Positions 9,470-18,396 of a stretch of 64,000 bases of DNA are shown piece by piece; positions within the stretch are counted from its first letter, which is position 1; each line of letters opens with the position of its first letter. This stretch comes from Planctomycetota bacterium. Its GTDB lineage: Bacteria; Planctomycetota; UBA11346. A program made the position numbers and the translations under genes. The DNA is taken from the NCBI GenBank assembly GCA_038231435.1, contig JBBRLJ010000001.1, positions 32,001-96,000 on the forward strand, written 5' to 3'. A model generated the notes under the pieces. That model saw nothing but the letters and a program-made list of their open reading frames with translations, did not search any database and was not told where the DNA came from.

Positions 9470-11005
9470 ATGACCCCCTCGCGACGTCATGTACCCGGCT
9501 TCACGCTCATCGAGCTGATCATCGCGGTCTCGCTGTCGACCGTCATCGTCTACATGGCATTTTCGGCGTTTCGCGTCGCGGCCCAGTCGATCTCGATCGC
9601 CAACCGCATGTCGCTCGAGAACCAATTGATGCGCGCCGGCTTCGTCTACGCCAACGAGGCGGTGGATTTCTGGACGGATCTCGACAACCCCGACAGCGCC
9701 GCTCCACTCGCCCACCCGCTGCGCGGGACCGACGACAACGGCTGCGCGCCGCTTCCTGGCATGCCGGCGGACTGCTACCAGCAGGGCCTGCCGTTCACGC
9801 CCTTCGCCTCGACCTTCCCCGCGCCCATCGCCCCCGCGCCGCTCGATCCCGAGCGCAAGCCGGAATGGGACGGTTCCGACATGGCCTGGAGCGCATCCAA
9901 TCCCGCCGCGTGGTGGCGCGGCGATACCTGCCAGTCCTGGCAGTTCGACCTCACCCACGGCTTCTACTCGATCTTCGCCAACGCCGATTCGGACAGCGCC
10001 ACTCCGTCGAGCGTCGACAGCTACTGGACGACCTACGATGCCGACCCCGCGCTCGGCAACGGCAATCCCGCATGGAACGGCTACGATCCGACGCGTTCGC
10101 CCTACCAGGATTACTGGCAGACCCGCGCCTACGCCTCGACCGCGAGCGGGCTCACCGTCAGGTCGCCACATCCGTGGCTTTACCGGCAGATGCGCGCACT
10201 GTTCAAGAGCATCGGCTATTTCGGCTTCTGCGATTACCTCCCGGCCAACAGCATGCTGGGCTGGTACCAGCGGTTCTCGCATCAGGAACAGGGCACGAAC
10301 CCGCGCAGCCCAATGTGGCTGCGCCTGCGACCGTCGCAGCTGCAGGATACCGATCAAGGCGGCGTGCCCCTCAAGCTCATCGCCAATGGCGGCCAGTGCG
10401 ACGGCAACTTCAATCGCGGACGGGACTTCTTCAACGAGACCGACTGGGACGCGCGCACCATTCCAGGGCGTTTCAACCTCACGCACCAGGGCCTGGTGGC
10501 GCTGCCGGCTCCGGTCATGCGCATGACCTACAAGGCGATCTACGACACCAACGGCATCCTCGGCTACCGGCCGCTACCCGGTCAGCAATCGCAGGCTCCC
10601 CTGGTGGTGTCCGACCTGTTCAGGTACTCCTACTTCAACTGGGCATGGGTCTCGATGTGGACGGGAGCCGGCCCGGGCGGATTCGCGGACCAGAGCACCC
10701 TGCAGTGGTTCAACGACCACACCGCGATGGGAGATTGGCCGCTGCAGGTCCGTCCGTCGCACTGGCCCAATCTCACCATCGGCGTCCAACGCTACCTGCG
10801 CGACTCGCACTTCTTCAATCTCTGCCGTGTGAACATCACCTCGCCGCTCACCGGGGAAGCCAAGGAGCTGAACTTCACCACCTTCGGCACCACCTTGCGC
10901 GGTGCCCGGCAGCAGCGCGGCAAGAACGCCGGCTGGGCGAAGTGGGATGACGCCGGGACAAGCTTCACCTACGATCCAGCGATCTCGCACTTGGACGCCC
11001 CATGA
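9470..11005 (+). CDS. Large prepilin-type protein (PilW/GspJ-like N-terminus)
   Basis: VPG|FTLIELIIAVSLSTVIVYMAFSAF; ATG 7 nt after the upstream stop. Confidence 0.83.
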   Translation: MTPSRRHVPGFTLIELIIAVSLSTVIVYMAFSAFRVAAQSISIANRMSLENQLMRAGFVYANEAVDFWTDLDNPDSAAPLAHPLRGTDDNGCAPLPGMPADCYQQGLPFTPFASTFPAPIAPAPLDPERKPEWDGSDMAWSASNPAAWWRGDTCQSWQFDLTHGFYSIFANADSDSATPSSVDSYWTTYDADPALGNGNPAWNGYDPTRSPYQDYWQTRAYASTASGLTVRSPHPWLYRQMRALFKSIGYFGFCDYLPANSMLGWYQRFSHQEQGTNPRSPMWLRLRPSQLQDTDQGGVPLKLIANGGQCDGNFNRGRDFFNETDWDARTIPGRFNLTHQGLVALPAPVMRMTYKAIYDTNGILGYRPLPGQQSQAPLVVSDLFRYSYFNWAWVSMWTGAGPGGFADQSTLQWFNDHTAMGDWPLQVRPSHWPNLTIGVQRYLRDSHFFNLCRVNITSPLTGEAKELNFTTFGTTLRGARQQRGKNAGWAKWDDAGTSFTYDPAISHLDAP

Positions 11006-12075
11006 CCACCTTCAGGCAGATGAGCCGCATTCGCCAGGGAACCCTGCTGATCATCGTCTCCGGACTGTGCGCGATGCTGATGTCGCTCAGCCTGATGTTT
11101 CTGGCGCGCATGCGTGGCGACGCGCGCGACATCCTGCTGGTGACGCGCATGTCCCAGGCCCGGCTCATGCTGGTTGCCGGTTGCAACTACATCCAGGAAG
11201 CCTCGCGCCTCGGTTGGGAATACCATCCCGCCCCGGCCGGATGGGCGGGATCGGCGACCTCGATCGCCATCAACCCCGCGGATCCCTCGCAGCGCGAGAG
11301 CTACGGCTGGATCGACGTGCGCGACGGCTACATGGGCCCGAAGAACACCGAATACACCGACGTCAACGGCTTCGACGCGGCCTGGCGCGCCGCCCACCCG
11401 AAAGCGACTACCCCCAGCCAGAACTTTCCGATCGGCTCAGTGGCGCGCTGTCCGATGTATGTGATGCGCCGGCCGCCATGCGCGATCCAGCTCACCGTCA
11501 CCTACAACCCGATCTCCAGCGATCCGGCGTCTCCCGATTTCGGCCTGCCCTACTTCAAGAACCTGGATCCCAAGCCGCAGCTCGGCCCGGGCGCACCGAG
11601 CTACGCCGACTGGGTCGACCCTCAGGCGTCGGATCCCGACCAGCCGCTCAGCCCGCGCCAGGAATCGGTGAACCTCGCCTGGTTCCGCGTCTACCGCGAT
11701 GGCCCGGCCACCTTCGTCATCACCTGCGGCGCCGGCCCCACCCAGGGCTTCCGCTCGTGGGCAGAGATGACCGCGGCCGACCGCGACATATACGGGAACG
11801 ACCAGCCGTACTTCGAGGATCTGCTCGCCCAGGAATACTGCACCTGGTACCGCGTCGAATGGAGTGCCGCCGTGCAGGACCTCGAATACCACATCATGCC
11901 GCAGGAGCACAATCGCAACGTCTACCTCTACGACTCGATGAACATCAGCCACATGTTCGGCTTCGCGGCCGGACCGAACCAGAACACGTGGAACTGGGGC
12001 CTGACCCACCAGCGCAACATGGTAGGCACCATCAAGTGGGTACAGCGACTGGTCGATCCGCCGACGAAGTGGTGA
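11002..12075 (+). CDS. PilX/GspK-like minor pilin (no Glu+5)
   Basis: RQG|TLLIIVSGLCAMLMSLSLMF lacks Glu+5, as PilX/GspK do; ATGA overlap; third gene in I-J-K order. Confidence 0.72.
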   Translation: MTTFRQMSRIRQGTLLIIVSGLCAMLMSLSLMFLARMRGDARDILLVTRMSQARLMLVAGCNYIQEASRLGWEYHPAPAGWAGSATSIAINPADPSQRESYGWIDVRDGYMGPKNTEYTDVNGFDAAWRAAHPKATTPSQNFPIGSVARCPMYVMRRPPCAIQLTVTYNPISSDPASPDFGLPYFKNLDPKPQLGPGAPSYADWVDPQASDPDQPLSPRQESVNLAWFRVYRDGPATFVITCGAGPTQGFRSWAEMTAADRDIYGNDQPYFEDLLAQEYCTWYRVEWSAAVQDLEYHIMPQEHNRNVYLYDSMNISHMFGFAAGPNQNTWNWGLTHQRNMVGTIKWVQRLVDPPTKW

Positions 12076-12204
12076 CGTCCACCTACGGCAGGTGACAGAC
12101 GACCGGTGATGGTGAGAGGCAGATGGCGGACGAGTGGTTTTTCGTGAAAATTCCTGTTCCTGACTCAGGCCGTGGAAAAGGAACCGATCGTCACGCGACA
12201 GCAG

Positions 12205-14856
12205 TTACCCAGCGACGAGTCCCACTGTCTGGAACCGATAGGTTCCAGATCCCACGCGGAATTCGATGCGCCCGTCTCCGGTGCCTGCAAATTCCACTCC
12301 CTCCGCGGCGACAGCGGGCCCGCTACCCTCGCTGACTCCGTCGAGCGACGCCGCCGGGATGCGCACCGTCGCTGTGACGTTGGCGGGGATGGTCACCACG
12401 AGGGTGAACACCCCGCCTTCCTTCGTCCATGAGCTCGAGATCGCACCGCGGACAGAGTCGTAGGTCGCCGACGCATGGGTGATATCGCCCACCGGATGTG
12501 GAGCGATCACCACCCGGGCGAACCCGGGAATCTCGGGATCGCAGCTGATGCCGGCGATGGTCTCCACCATCCACGCCGCGATGTCGCCGAACATCACGTG
12601 GTTGAGTGAGTTCCCGCCATTCCAATCCTCCCACAGGGTGGTCGCGCCACGGCTGATCATGTTGCCCCAGCCCGGCCACTCGTCGGTCGCGGCCATGCGG
12701 TAGGCCAGGTCCGCGCGGCCGCCCGCGGACAGTGCCCGCGGTACGTACTTCGCGCCGAGGATGCCGCAGTCGATGCGATGGCCGCGCCGAGCGACTTCGT
12801 CGGCGAGTGCCGCGAGCACCTTGGGCCTTTCCGCATCCTCGGCCAAGCCCTGGTAGAGGGCGCAGGCGAGCGCGGTTTGCGAACCGTCGGCGTAGGTGCC
12901 CTCGCCGGGATGGTAGAAGCGGCGATTGAACGCGTCGCGGATCGAAGACGCCAGGGCGGAGTAGCGCTCGGCCTCGGCGGTCAGGCCGAGCAGACGCGCG
13001 GTCTCGGCGACGATGCGCGTATCGACGAACCAATAGGCGGTCGAAGTCAGCGCGGCGGGCGTCTCGACCCTCGGCGGCAGCCAATCGCCAAGTCCGATCG
13101 AGACGATGCCGTCGACGGACATCATGCCGAGGTAGTCGACATAGCGCTTGAGACGCTGGTAATGCCGGATCAGCGCGGTGGGGTCGCCGTAATAACGGTA
13201 CAGATACCAGGCGATCAGATGGTAGGCGCTGTCCCACGCTGGCCCGTTTCCCCATGCGTAGCCCCAGCCGCTGGTGGGGACGATGCCGGGAAGCTCGCCG
13301 CTGTCGCGCTGCTCATCGAAAAGATCGTCGAGCCACTTTTCATAGTAGGTGATGGCGTCGAAGTTGAGCAGGCCGAGTTCGGCGGCCAGATGCGCATCGC
13401 CAGTCCAGCCGTTCTTCTCGCGGTGCGGGCAATCCGTGGGAATGCCCTGGTTGTTCGAGCGGTAGGCCCACAGCGACGCGCGATGGATCTTCTCAAGCAT
13501 GGCGTTTGAGCAGGCGAAGCTGCCCGCGGGCGTGAAGCCCGTATGATGGACCCTTCCGACCAGATTGTCGGCGCTCAGTTCGCCAGGCCAGCCACTGATC
13601 TCGGCGTACTGGAAACCGTGGTAGGTGAAGCGCGCCTCCCAGGTCTCGCGCCCGCGGCCATGGCAGGTGTAGACGTCGGTCTGGAAGCGTTGCGGTGGAT
13701 CCGTCTTCACCATGTGCTCGCCGGTCTTCGTGGTGACCAGCGTGCCATCTTCGGCGAGGATTTCGCCATAGCGGATGGTCACCTCGGTTCCGGCAGCTCC
13801 TTCGAGCGAGATGCGCAGGTGGCCAGCGAAGTTCTGGCCCATGTCCACTACGTGGATGCCTGGGCGAGGCCGGGTGATGCGCACAGGACGCAGCTCCCCA
13901 GTCACCCGGATCGGCGGCATGCGCTGCGCCGAGAGCACGCCTCCGGGCGGCTTCGCCATGACGGTCTGCTGCCAGAGGGCGTCGTCGTATCCGGGGGTGT
14001 CCCAGCCAGGCCGCTCCAGCCGAGCGTCGTAGCTCTCGCCTCCGTAGATGCTGTCGTAGACGATGGGGCCGGTCGCGGTCCTCCAGCGCTCGTCGCTGGC
14101 GATCGTCTCGGCGCGACCGTCGGCATACTCGATGTGCAGCTGCGCGAGCAGGCGCGGCGCGCCGCGCCACGGCGCGCGGTCAAAATACCAGACCGCCTGG
14201 GCGTGGACATTGTACCAGCCGGTGCCCAGGATCACGCCCAAGCAGTTGCCCCCCTGCCGGATCAGCGCGGTGACATCGTGCACGGCGTACAGGGCGCGGC
14301 GGTCGTAGCGAGTGTAGCCTGGATCCAACAGCCGATCGCCGACGACCGCGCCGTTGAGCGAGAGCTCGTGGTAGCCCAGGCCGCAGATGAAGATGCGCGC
14401 GCGTGTCACCACGCCCGCGGCGGAGAACTCGTGCCGAAACATGGGTGCAGGTGCCGCCGCCGTATCGGAATTGCGGCCGATCCACCTGCCGGTCCAGTCC
14501 CCGATGTCCAGCATCCCCATCTCCCAGCACGCGGGCGGGCTCCAATCGCCGGCCACGCCGTCGCGGTCCCAGACGCGGACTATCCAATGGCAGAGCCGGC
14601 GCGAAGTGAGCGGCGTGCCGGCGTAGGCCACGTGCGCGGTCTGGCCGGAGGCGACGCGGCCGCTGTCCCACAGATCCGCCGCGCCGTCACGCAGCAGCGC
14701 CGGTGAACTGGCCACCAGTACCCGCCACGCGCTCTGGGATTGGGCGCGTTCGGTCGACCGCACTTCCCAGCTCAGTCGCGGAGCCGGACTGTCCACCCCC
14801 AATGGATCGTCGGAGTATTCGCAGCGCAGACGATGGATCGTGAGGGCGCAGGGCAT
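12205..14856 (-). CDS. Alpha-L-rhamnosidase, glycoside hydrolase family 78
   Basis: LRCEY..PLGVD..PRLSW, DMGQNFAG, FTYHGFQY, PTDCPHREKNGWTGDA, LGDW, ATTLWEDW..SLNHVMFG. Confidence 0.93.
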   Translation of the reverse strand: MPCALTIHRLRCEYSDDPLGVDSPAPRLSWEVRSTERAQSQSAWRVLVASSPALLRDGAADLWDSGRVASGQTAHVAYAGTPLTSRRLCHWIVRVWDRDGVAGDWSPPACWEMGMLDIGDWTGRWIGRNSDTAAAPAPMFRHEFSAAGVVTRARIFICGLGYHELSLNGAVVGDRLLDPGYTRYDRRALYAVHDVTALIRQGGNCLGVILGTGWYNVHAQAVWYFDRAPWRGAPRLLAQLHIEYADGRAETIASDERWRTATGPIVYDSIYGGESYDARLERPGWDTPGYDDALWQQTVMAKPPGGVLSAQRMPPIRVTGELRPVRITRPRPGIHVVDMGQNFAGHLRISLEGAAGTEVTIRYGEILAEDGTLVTTKTGEHMVKTDPPQRFQTDVYTCHGRGRETWEARFTYHGFQYAEISGWPGELSADNLVGRVHHTGFTPAGSFACSNAMLEKIHRASLWAYRSNNQGIPTDCPHREKNGWTGDAHLAAELGLLNFDAITYYEKWLDDLFDEQRDSGELPGIVPTSGWGYAWGNGPAWDSAYHLIAWYLYRYYGDPTALIRHYQRLKRYVDYLGMMSVDGIVSIGLGDWLPPRVETPAALTSTAYWFVDTRIVAETARLLGLTAEAERYSALASSIRDAFNRRFYHPGEGTYADGSQTALACALYQGLAEDAERPKVLAALADEVARRGHRIDCGILGAKYVPRALSAGGRADLAYRMAATDEWPGWGNMISRGATTLWEDWNGGNSLNHVMFGDIAAWMVETIAGISCDPEIPGFARVVIAPHPVGDITHASATYDSVRGAISSSWTKEGGVFTLVVTIPANVTATVRIPAASLDGVSEGSGPAVAAEGVEFAGTGDGRIEFRVGSGTYRFQTVGLVAG

Positions 14857-15016
14857 CGGTGGTCTCCGGGATCGGAGCAGACTCGGGACATCCGCCGCTG
14901 GACAAGGGTGGTGTGCGGTCGAGGCACGACGGCGGGAGATGCACCTCCTCGTCCGTGTCGTCGGAACGGTCGGAGCGCCGTCGTGTCGTCGCTCGACGAG
15001 CGTCAGTCACGAATGG

Positions 15017-16498
15017 CTATCGGCTCGGCGAGGTCCCTGGCGGATCCCAATCGTCGCTGCGAAACGGTTCCGCGGGAAGCCCCTCCTTGCCGTAGAGATC
15101 GCACCCGACTGGATCGCCGCTGAACGCGTACCTGACCGCCACCGGATGTGGCACGGTGTCGCTCCATGCCACCAGCGTGTCGCCATCGACGCGCGCCTGG
15201 GCCCAGGAAAACTTCCGGTCATCGCCGCTGACCGCGAGCTGCATGATCGCCGGTCCGCGGATGACAAGGCCGCCGCCAAGATGGGAGAATCTCAGGCGCA
15301 CCTTGCCGCCCTCGACGCTCATGCCCTCGTAGCGCGGGCCCAGCCATTCGACTCTCTGGCCGTAGACGAAGCCTTCGGCGGCGAGCGCCAGACGCCGCGC
15401 CACCTCCGGCTTGTTGTGTGGATGGATGTCCCAGGTGCACCCGATGTCGATGGTCGCGACCATGGTGGTCCTGGGCTCGGTCGCGGCGACCCGCGCCTGC
15501 GCCTCGCGGAGGCGCGCCCAGCCAAGAGGCGTCTGGTCCGGCGGCAGCAGCGGAGGGATCTCGGGCGCATCCTTCGGCCGGCCGTTCGCCGTGAAGTTCG
15601 GCAACTGCACCAGCAGGAACGCGAACTCGCTGCCCCAGGCCTTGCGCCAACTGGCGATCAGCTGGCGCAGCAGCGGAGCGTACTCGCGTGCGGCATCGGC
15701 GTTGCTCTCGCCCTGATACCACAACACGCCGGTGAGCGCGTACGGGATGAGCGGTGCGATCTGCGCGTTGAATACCGAGCCGGGAGCCTTCTCGGCGGCC
15801 GACGGAGCCGCATCGGGAGCTAGGACACGGCGATCGATGAACGGCTCGATCGGACAGCCCCACGACGTGCTCATGATCATTCCCACCGGCACGCCGATCT
15901 CGTGCTGGATCCTGCGCGCGAAGAAGAAGCCGGCGGTCGAGAACTCGAATGCGGCCAGAGGCGAACAGCGCTGCCATGAGGCGGCGATCGCCGTCGCCGG
16001 CTCAGCCGCGCGCGCACTCGGGACATGCAGGAGGCGGATCATCGGCAGGTCCGCCTCCGAGCATTCCTCCATCCAGTTCGGCGATCCGGCCAGGGTGGTG
16101 CCCATGTTCGATTGACCGGCACACAGCCAGACATCGCCGACCACCACGTCATGGAGCGTGATGGCATTCGTCGCGGTGACGGTCAACTCGAACGGTCCGC
16201 CCGCCTCGCGCGCGGCGAGGCGCGCCATCCAGGCCCCATGGACGTCAGCCACCGCCGAGCAGGTGGCCTCGCCCAGCTTGACGGTCACGCGTTCGTCCGG
16301 CGCGGCTGTCCCCCACACCGGGATCGGCGTCCGCCGCTGCAGGATCGCGTGATCGCTGAAGATCGGCGCCACCTGGACCTCGGCCGAGAGGGTACCGACG
16401 CCCACCATCGCCGCCGATGCCGTCATCCAGGCCGATGCCCACGCGGCGGTCGGCCGCGGACATATCCATGCCAGACGCTTGAGCCAGGTCAGTTGCAC
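15017..16498 (-). CDS. Sialate O-acetylesterase-like SGNH acetylesterase (SASA/DUF303)
   Basis: FSDHAILQR, VGDVWLCAGQSNM, GVLWYQGESN, DIHPHNK, PVAVRYAF; start is an estimate (GTG overlapping the upstream gene). Confidence 0.9.
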   Translation of the reverse strand: MQLTWLKRLAWICPRPTAAWASAWMTASAAMVGVGTLSAEVQVAPIFSDHAILQRRTPIPVWGTAAPDERVTVKLGEATCSAVADVHGAWMARLAAREAGGPFELTVTATNAITLHDVVVGDVWLCAGQSNMGTTLAGSPNWMEECSEADLPMIRLLHVPSARAAEPATAIAASWQRCSPLAAFEFSTAGFFFARRIQHEIGVPVGMIMSTSWGCPIEPFIDRRVLAPDAAPSAAEKAPGSVFNAQIAPLIPYALTGVLWYQGESNADAAREYAPLLRQLIASWRKAWGSEFAFLLVQLPNFTANGRPKDAPEIPPLLPPDQTPLGWARLREAQARVAATEPRTTMVATIDIGCTWDIHPHNKPEVARRLALAAEGFVYGQRVEWLGPRYEGMSVEGGKVRLRFSHLGGGLVIRGPAIMQLAVSGDDRKFSWAQARVDGDTLVAWSDTVPHPVAVRYAFSGDPVGCDLYGKEGLPAEPFRSDDWDPPGTSPSR

Positions 16499-17442
16499 GA
16501 GGCCACCCAAAGCGCACACAAGGAATCAATGACGGGCGCGTCGACAGCGCCATCCCAGACGGCGACGCCGTAGCGCAGCGCCACCGGCTTCGTCGCGGAC
16601 AGCGGGATTGGCGCGCCGCCGGCGGCGATGGTCGCCGAGAGGTAGGTGAAATCCCGCATGGTGTACCACACCGTCGGCGTGCGTGGATTGCCCGGAGAGG
16701 CGAACAGCGCCACCGTCACGGGGTGGCCTTCCGCCGTCGCAGTGTAGCCGATCCACGGCGCTGGTCCCGACCACCATTTTGCCTGCGCCGGACGCTCGGT
16801 GCCGGCTGGCAGGATGAAACGCGGATCCTTGTCCATGCTGTCGACGAAGCGCATGCCCAGCCCGTCATAGGTCCGGCCGCGCAGCTCCGCCGCTCCAGAG
16901 CCGTCCGCGGCGGTGAGCTCGGACGTCCACGTCACCAGCGTGGCGTTGCCATCCTGTGCGAGCGTCACCACGATCGAGCGACGCTCCCTGGCCAAAGGCG
17001 CGAGCGGCGTCGCGACCGGATACCATTCCAGGTGTTCGACCATGCCATCTCCGCTCGAGGACACCGCGGCGTCGACATGGCGCTGCCGTCCGGGATGCTC
17101 GGGGTAGCGCTCGTTCCAGAAATCGACGTCGTTCACCTCGCAGGCGAACATCAGGCCGTGGTGGTGATCGTGGCCGTCGCTTCCGTCGCGAAGTATGTTG
17201 ATGCCCGACGGAGAGCGCAGCGCCAGGGCGTACGGCTTCGACTTCGCGGGATCGATCGAGTAGTCGAGCAGGCGATGGCCGGCGGAGCTCAGCGTGATCA
17301 CCGTCGGCACGATCGCGGACTCGGCGCCGATCACCGGCGCTGCGACTCCGCACGCGATGGCGGCGGCTGTGCGGAGCGGGCACAGCATGCTCGCAATGAT
17401 TCTCGCAATGCTCCTCTCAACGCTCATCGCGATGATCGTCAT
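16489..17442 (-). CDS. PmoA/DUF6807-family secreted protein
   Basis: HDHHHGLMFA..VDFW, YDGLGMRF, PGNPR..WY; signal-like N-terminus; ATGA overlap. Confidence 0.75.
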   Translation of the reverse strand: MTIIAMSVERSIARIIASMLCPLRTAAAIACGVAAPVIGAESAIVPTVITLSSAGHRLLDYSIDPAKSKPYALALRSPSGINILRDGSDGHDHHHGLMFACEVNDVDFWNERYPEHPGRQRHVDAAVSSSGDGMVEHLEWYPVATPLAPLARERRSIVVTLAQDGNATLVTWTSELTAADGSGAAELRGRTYDGLGMRFVDSMDKDPRFILPAGTERPAQAKWWSGPAPWIGYTATAEGHPVTVALFASPGNPRTPTVWYTMRDFTYLSATIAAGGAPIPLSATKPVALRYGVAVWDGAVDAPVIDSLCALWVASCN

Positions 17443-18326
17443 GCCGGCGTCCGACCGCCGCCAGCGCGCAACTCGACCTGCGCGGCGCGCACCCACTCTG
17501 GCCAATCGGCGCGACGCGGGGCGGTGGGGGTGAAGGTAAAGCGTTCGCGACCCAGGGCGCGCAGCACCGCCTGTTCGACCAGGGAGTGGTCGGCAGGATC
17601 GGTGCGGTCGAAGCGCATCGGCTCACGCAGGAATACCGGAGGATTGCAGATGATGCGCGGAATGCCGAGATGGTTCTGCGATACCGCGTGCAGCATGAAG
17701 GGATGCAGCAGCACCACGTCGCCGGCCCGGGCCGTCAGCTCGGTGAATTCGCGGCAGCCGTCGATCAGAGCTCCGAACGCATCCGGAGCGGTGCCTTCGG
17801 GGCGTTCGGCGAGGAAGCGCGAGACCACGCCGACCGAATCGGGCGCGATGAAAGTGCCTCCGCCGCGCGGCTTGATGTCGGTCCACACCGTGATCACCAG
17901 CAACCCCTGCTCGGGCGAATCGAGGAAGTGCCGGAAGAAATAGCCATCCTTGTGCCAACCCGGGATGCTCGCTGAGGGCGGCTCCCACGGGCGTTCGGCC
18001 CCCTCGCGAAGATTGATCACGAAGTTGTCGCCCCACACGCACGGGGTATCGACCCGCTCTTCGCCGCCGAGCACGTCGCAGATCGCCGCGAATGCCTTGG
18101 GCGCGAAGCGCGCCGCATCGACCGTGCGCGACGGCGAGGTGTGCACGCGCGGCTCCGCCCAGGTCTTCGGATCCTGCGGATCGTAGCCGCAGCGCGCGAA
18201 GGCGTGATCAACCCATTCGCGGCACGTGTCCGCGGGCACGCATCCCGGCACGACCACGTAGCCGCGCTCGACGAACTGTCGTGCCTGGTCCTGGCTGAGC
18301 TCTCGGTACGGCTTGGTCTGGCTCAT
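17439..18326 (-). CDS. Phytanoyl-CoA dioxygenase (PhyH) family Fe(II)/2OG dioxygenase
   Basis: FVERGYVVVPG, WHKDG (HxD), GGGT, AGDVVLLHPFMLH. Confidence 0.88.
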   Translation of the reverse strand: MSQTKPYRELSQDQARQFVERGYVVVPGCVPADTCREWVDHAFARCGYDPQDPKTWAEPRVHTSPSRTVDAARFAPKAFAAICDVLGGEERVDTPCVWGDNFVINLREGAERPWEPPSASIPGWHKDGYFFRHFLDSPEQGLLVITVWTDIKPRGGGTFIAPDSVGVVSRFLAERPEGTAPDAFGALIDGCREFTELTARAGDVVLLHPFMLHAVSQNHLGIPRIICNPPVFLREPMRFDRTDPADHSLVEQAVLRALGRERFTFTPTAPRRADWPEWVRAAQVELRAGGGRTPA

Positions 18327-18396
18327 GACGGGAAGCGCCACGTGGGCTCCAGGCGTTCGGGGTGATCGGAGGCGGCCATGGCGAGCAGACCGGGCA

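Noticed and set aside
14925..14985. 10-bp inverted repeat CACGACGGCG/CGCCGTCGTG between the esterase and GH78 genes
   Set aside because: Large loop and GC-rich sequence; plausible by chance
16489..17442. Methane monooxygenase subunit
   Set aside because: The PmoA family label here covers soluble secreted proteins; no pmoCAB context or multi-TM profile
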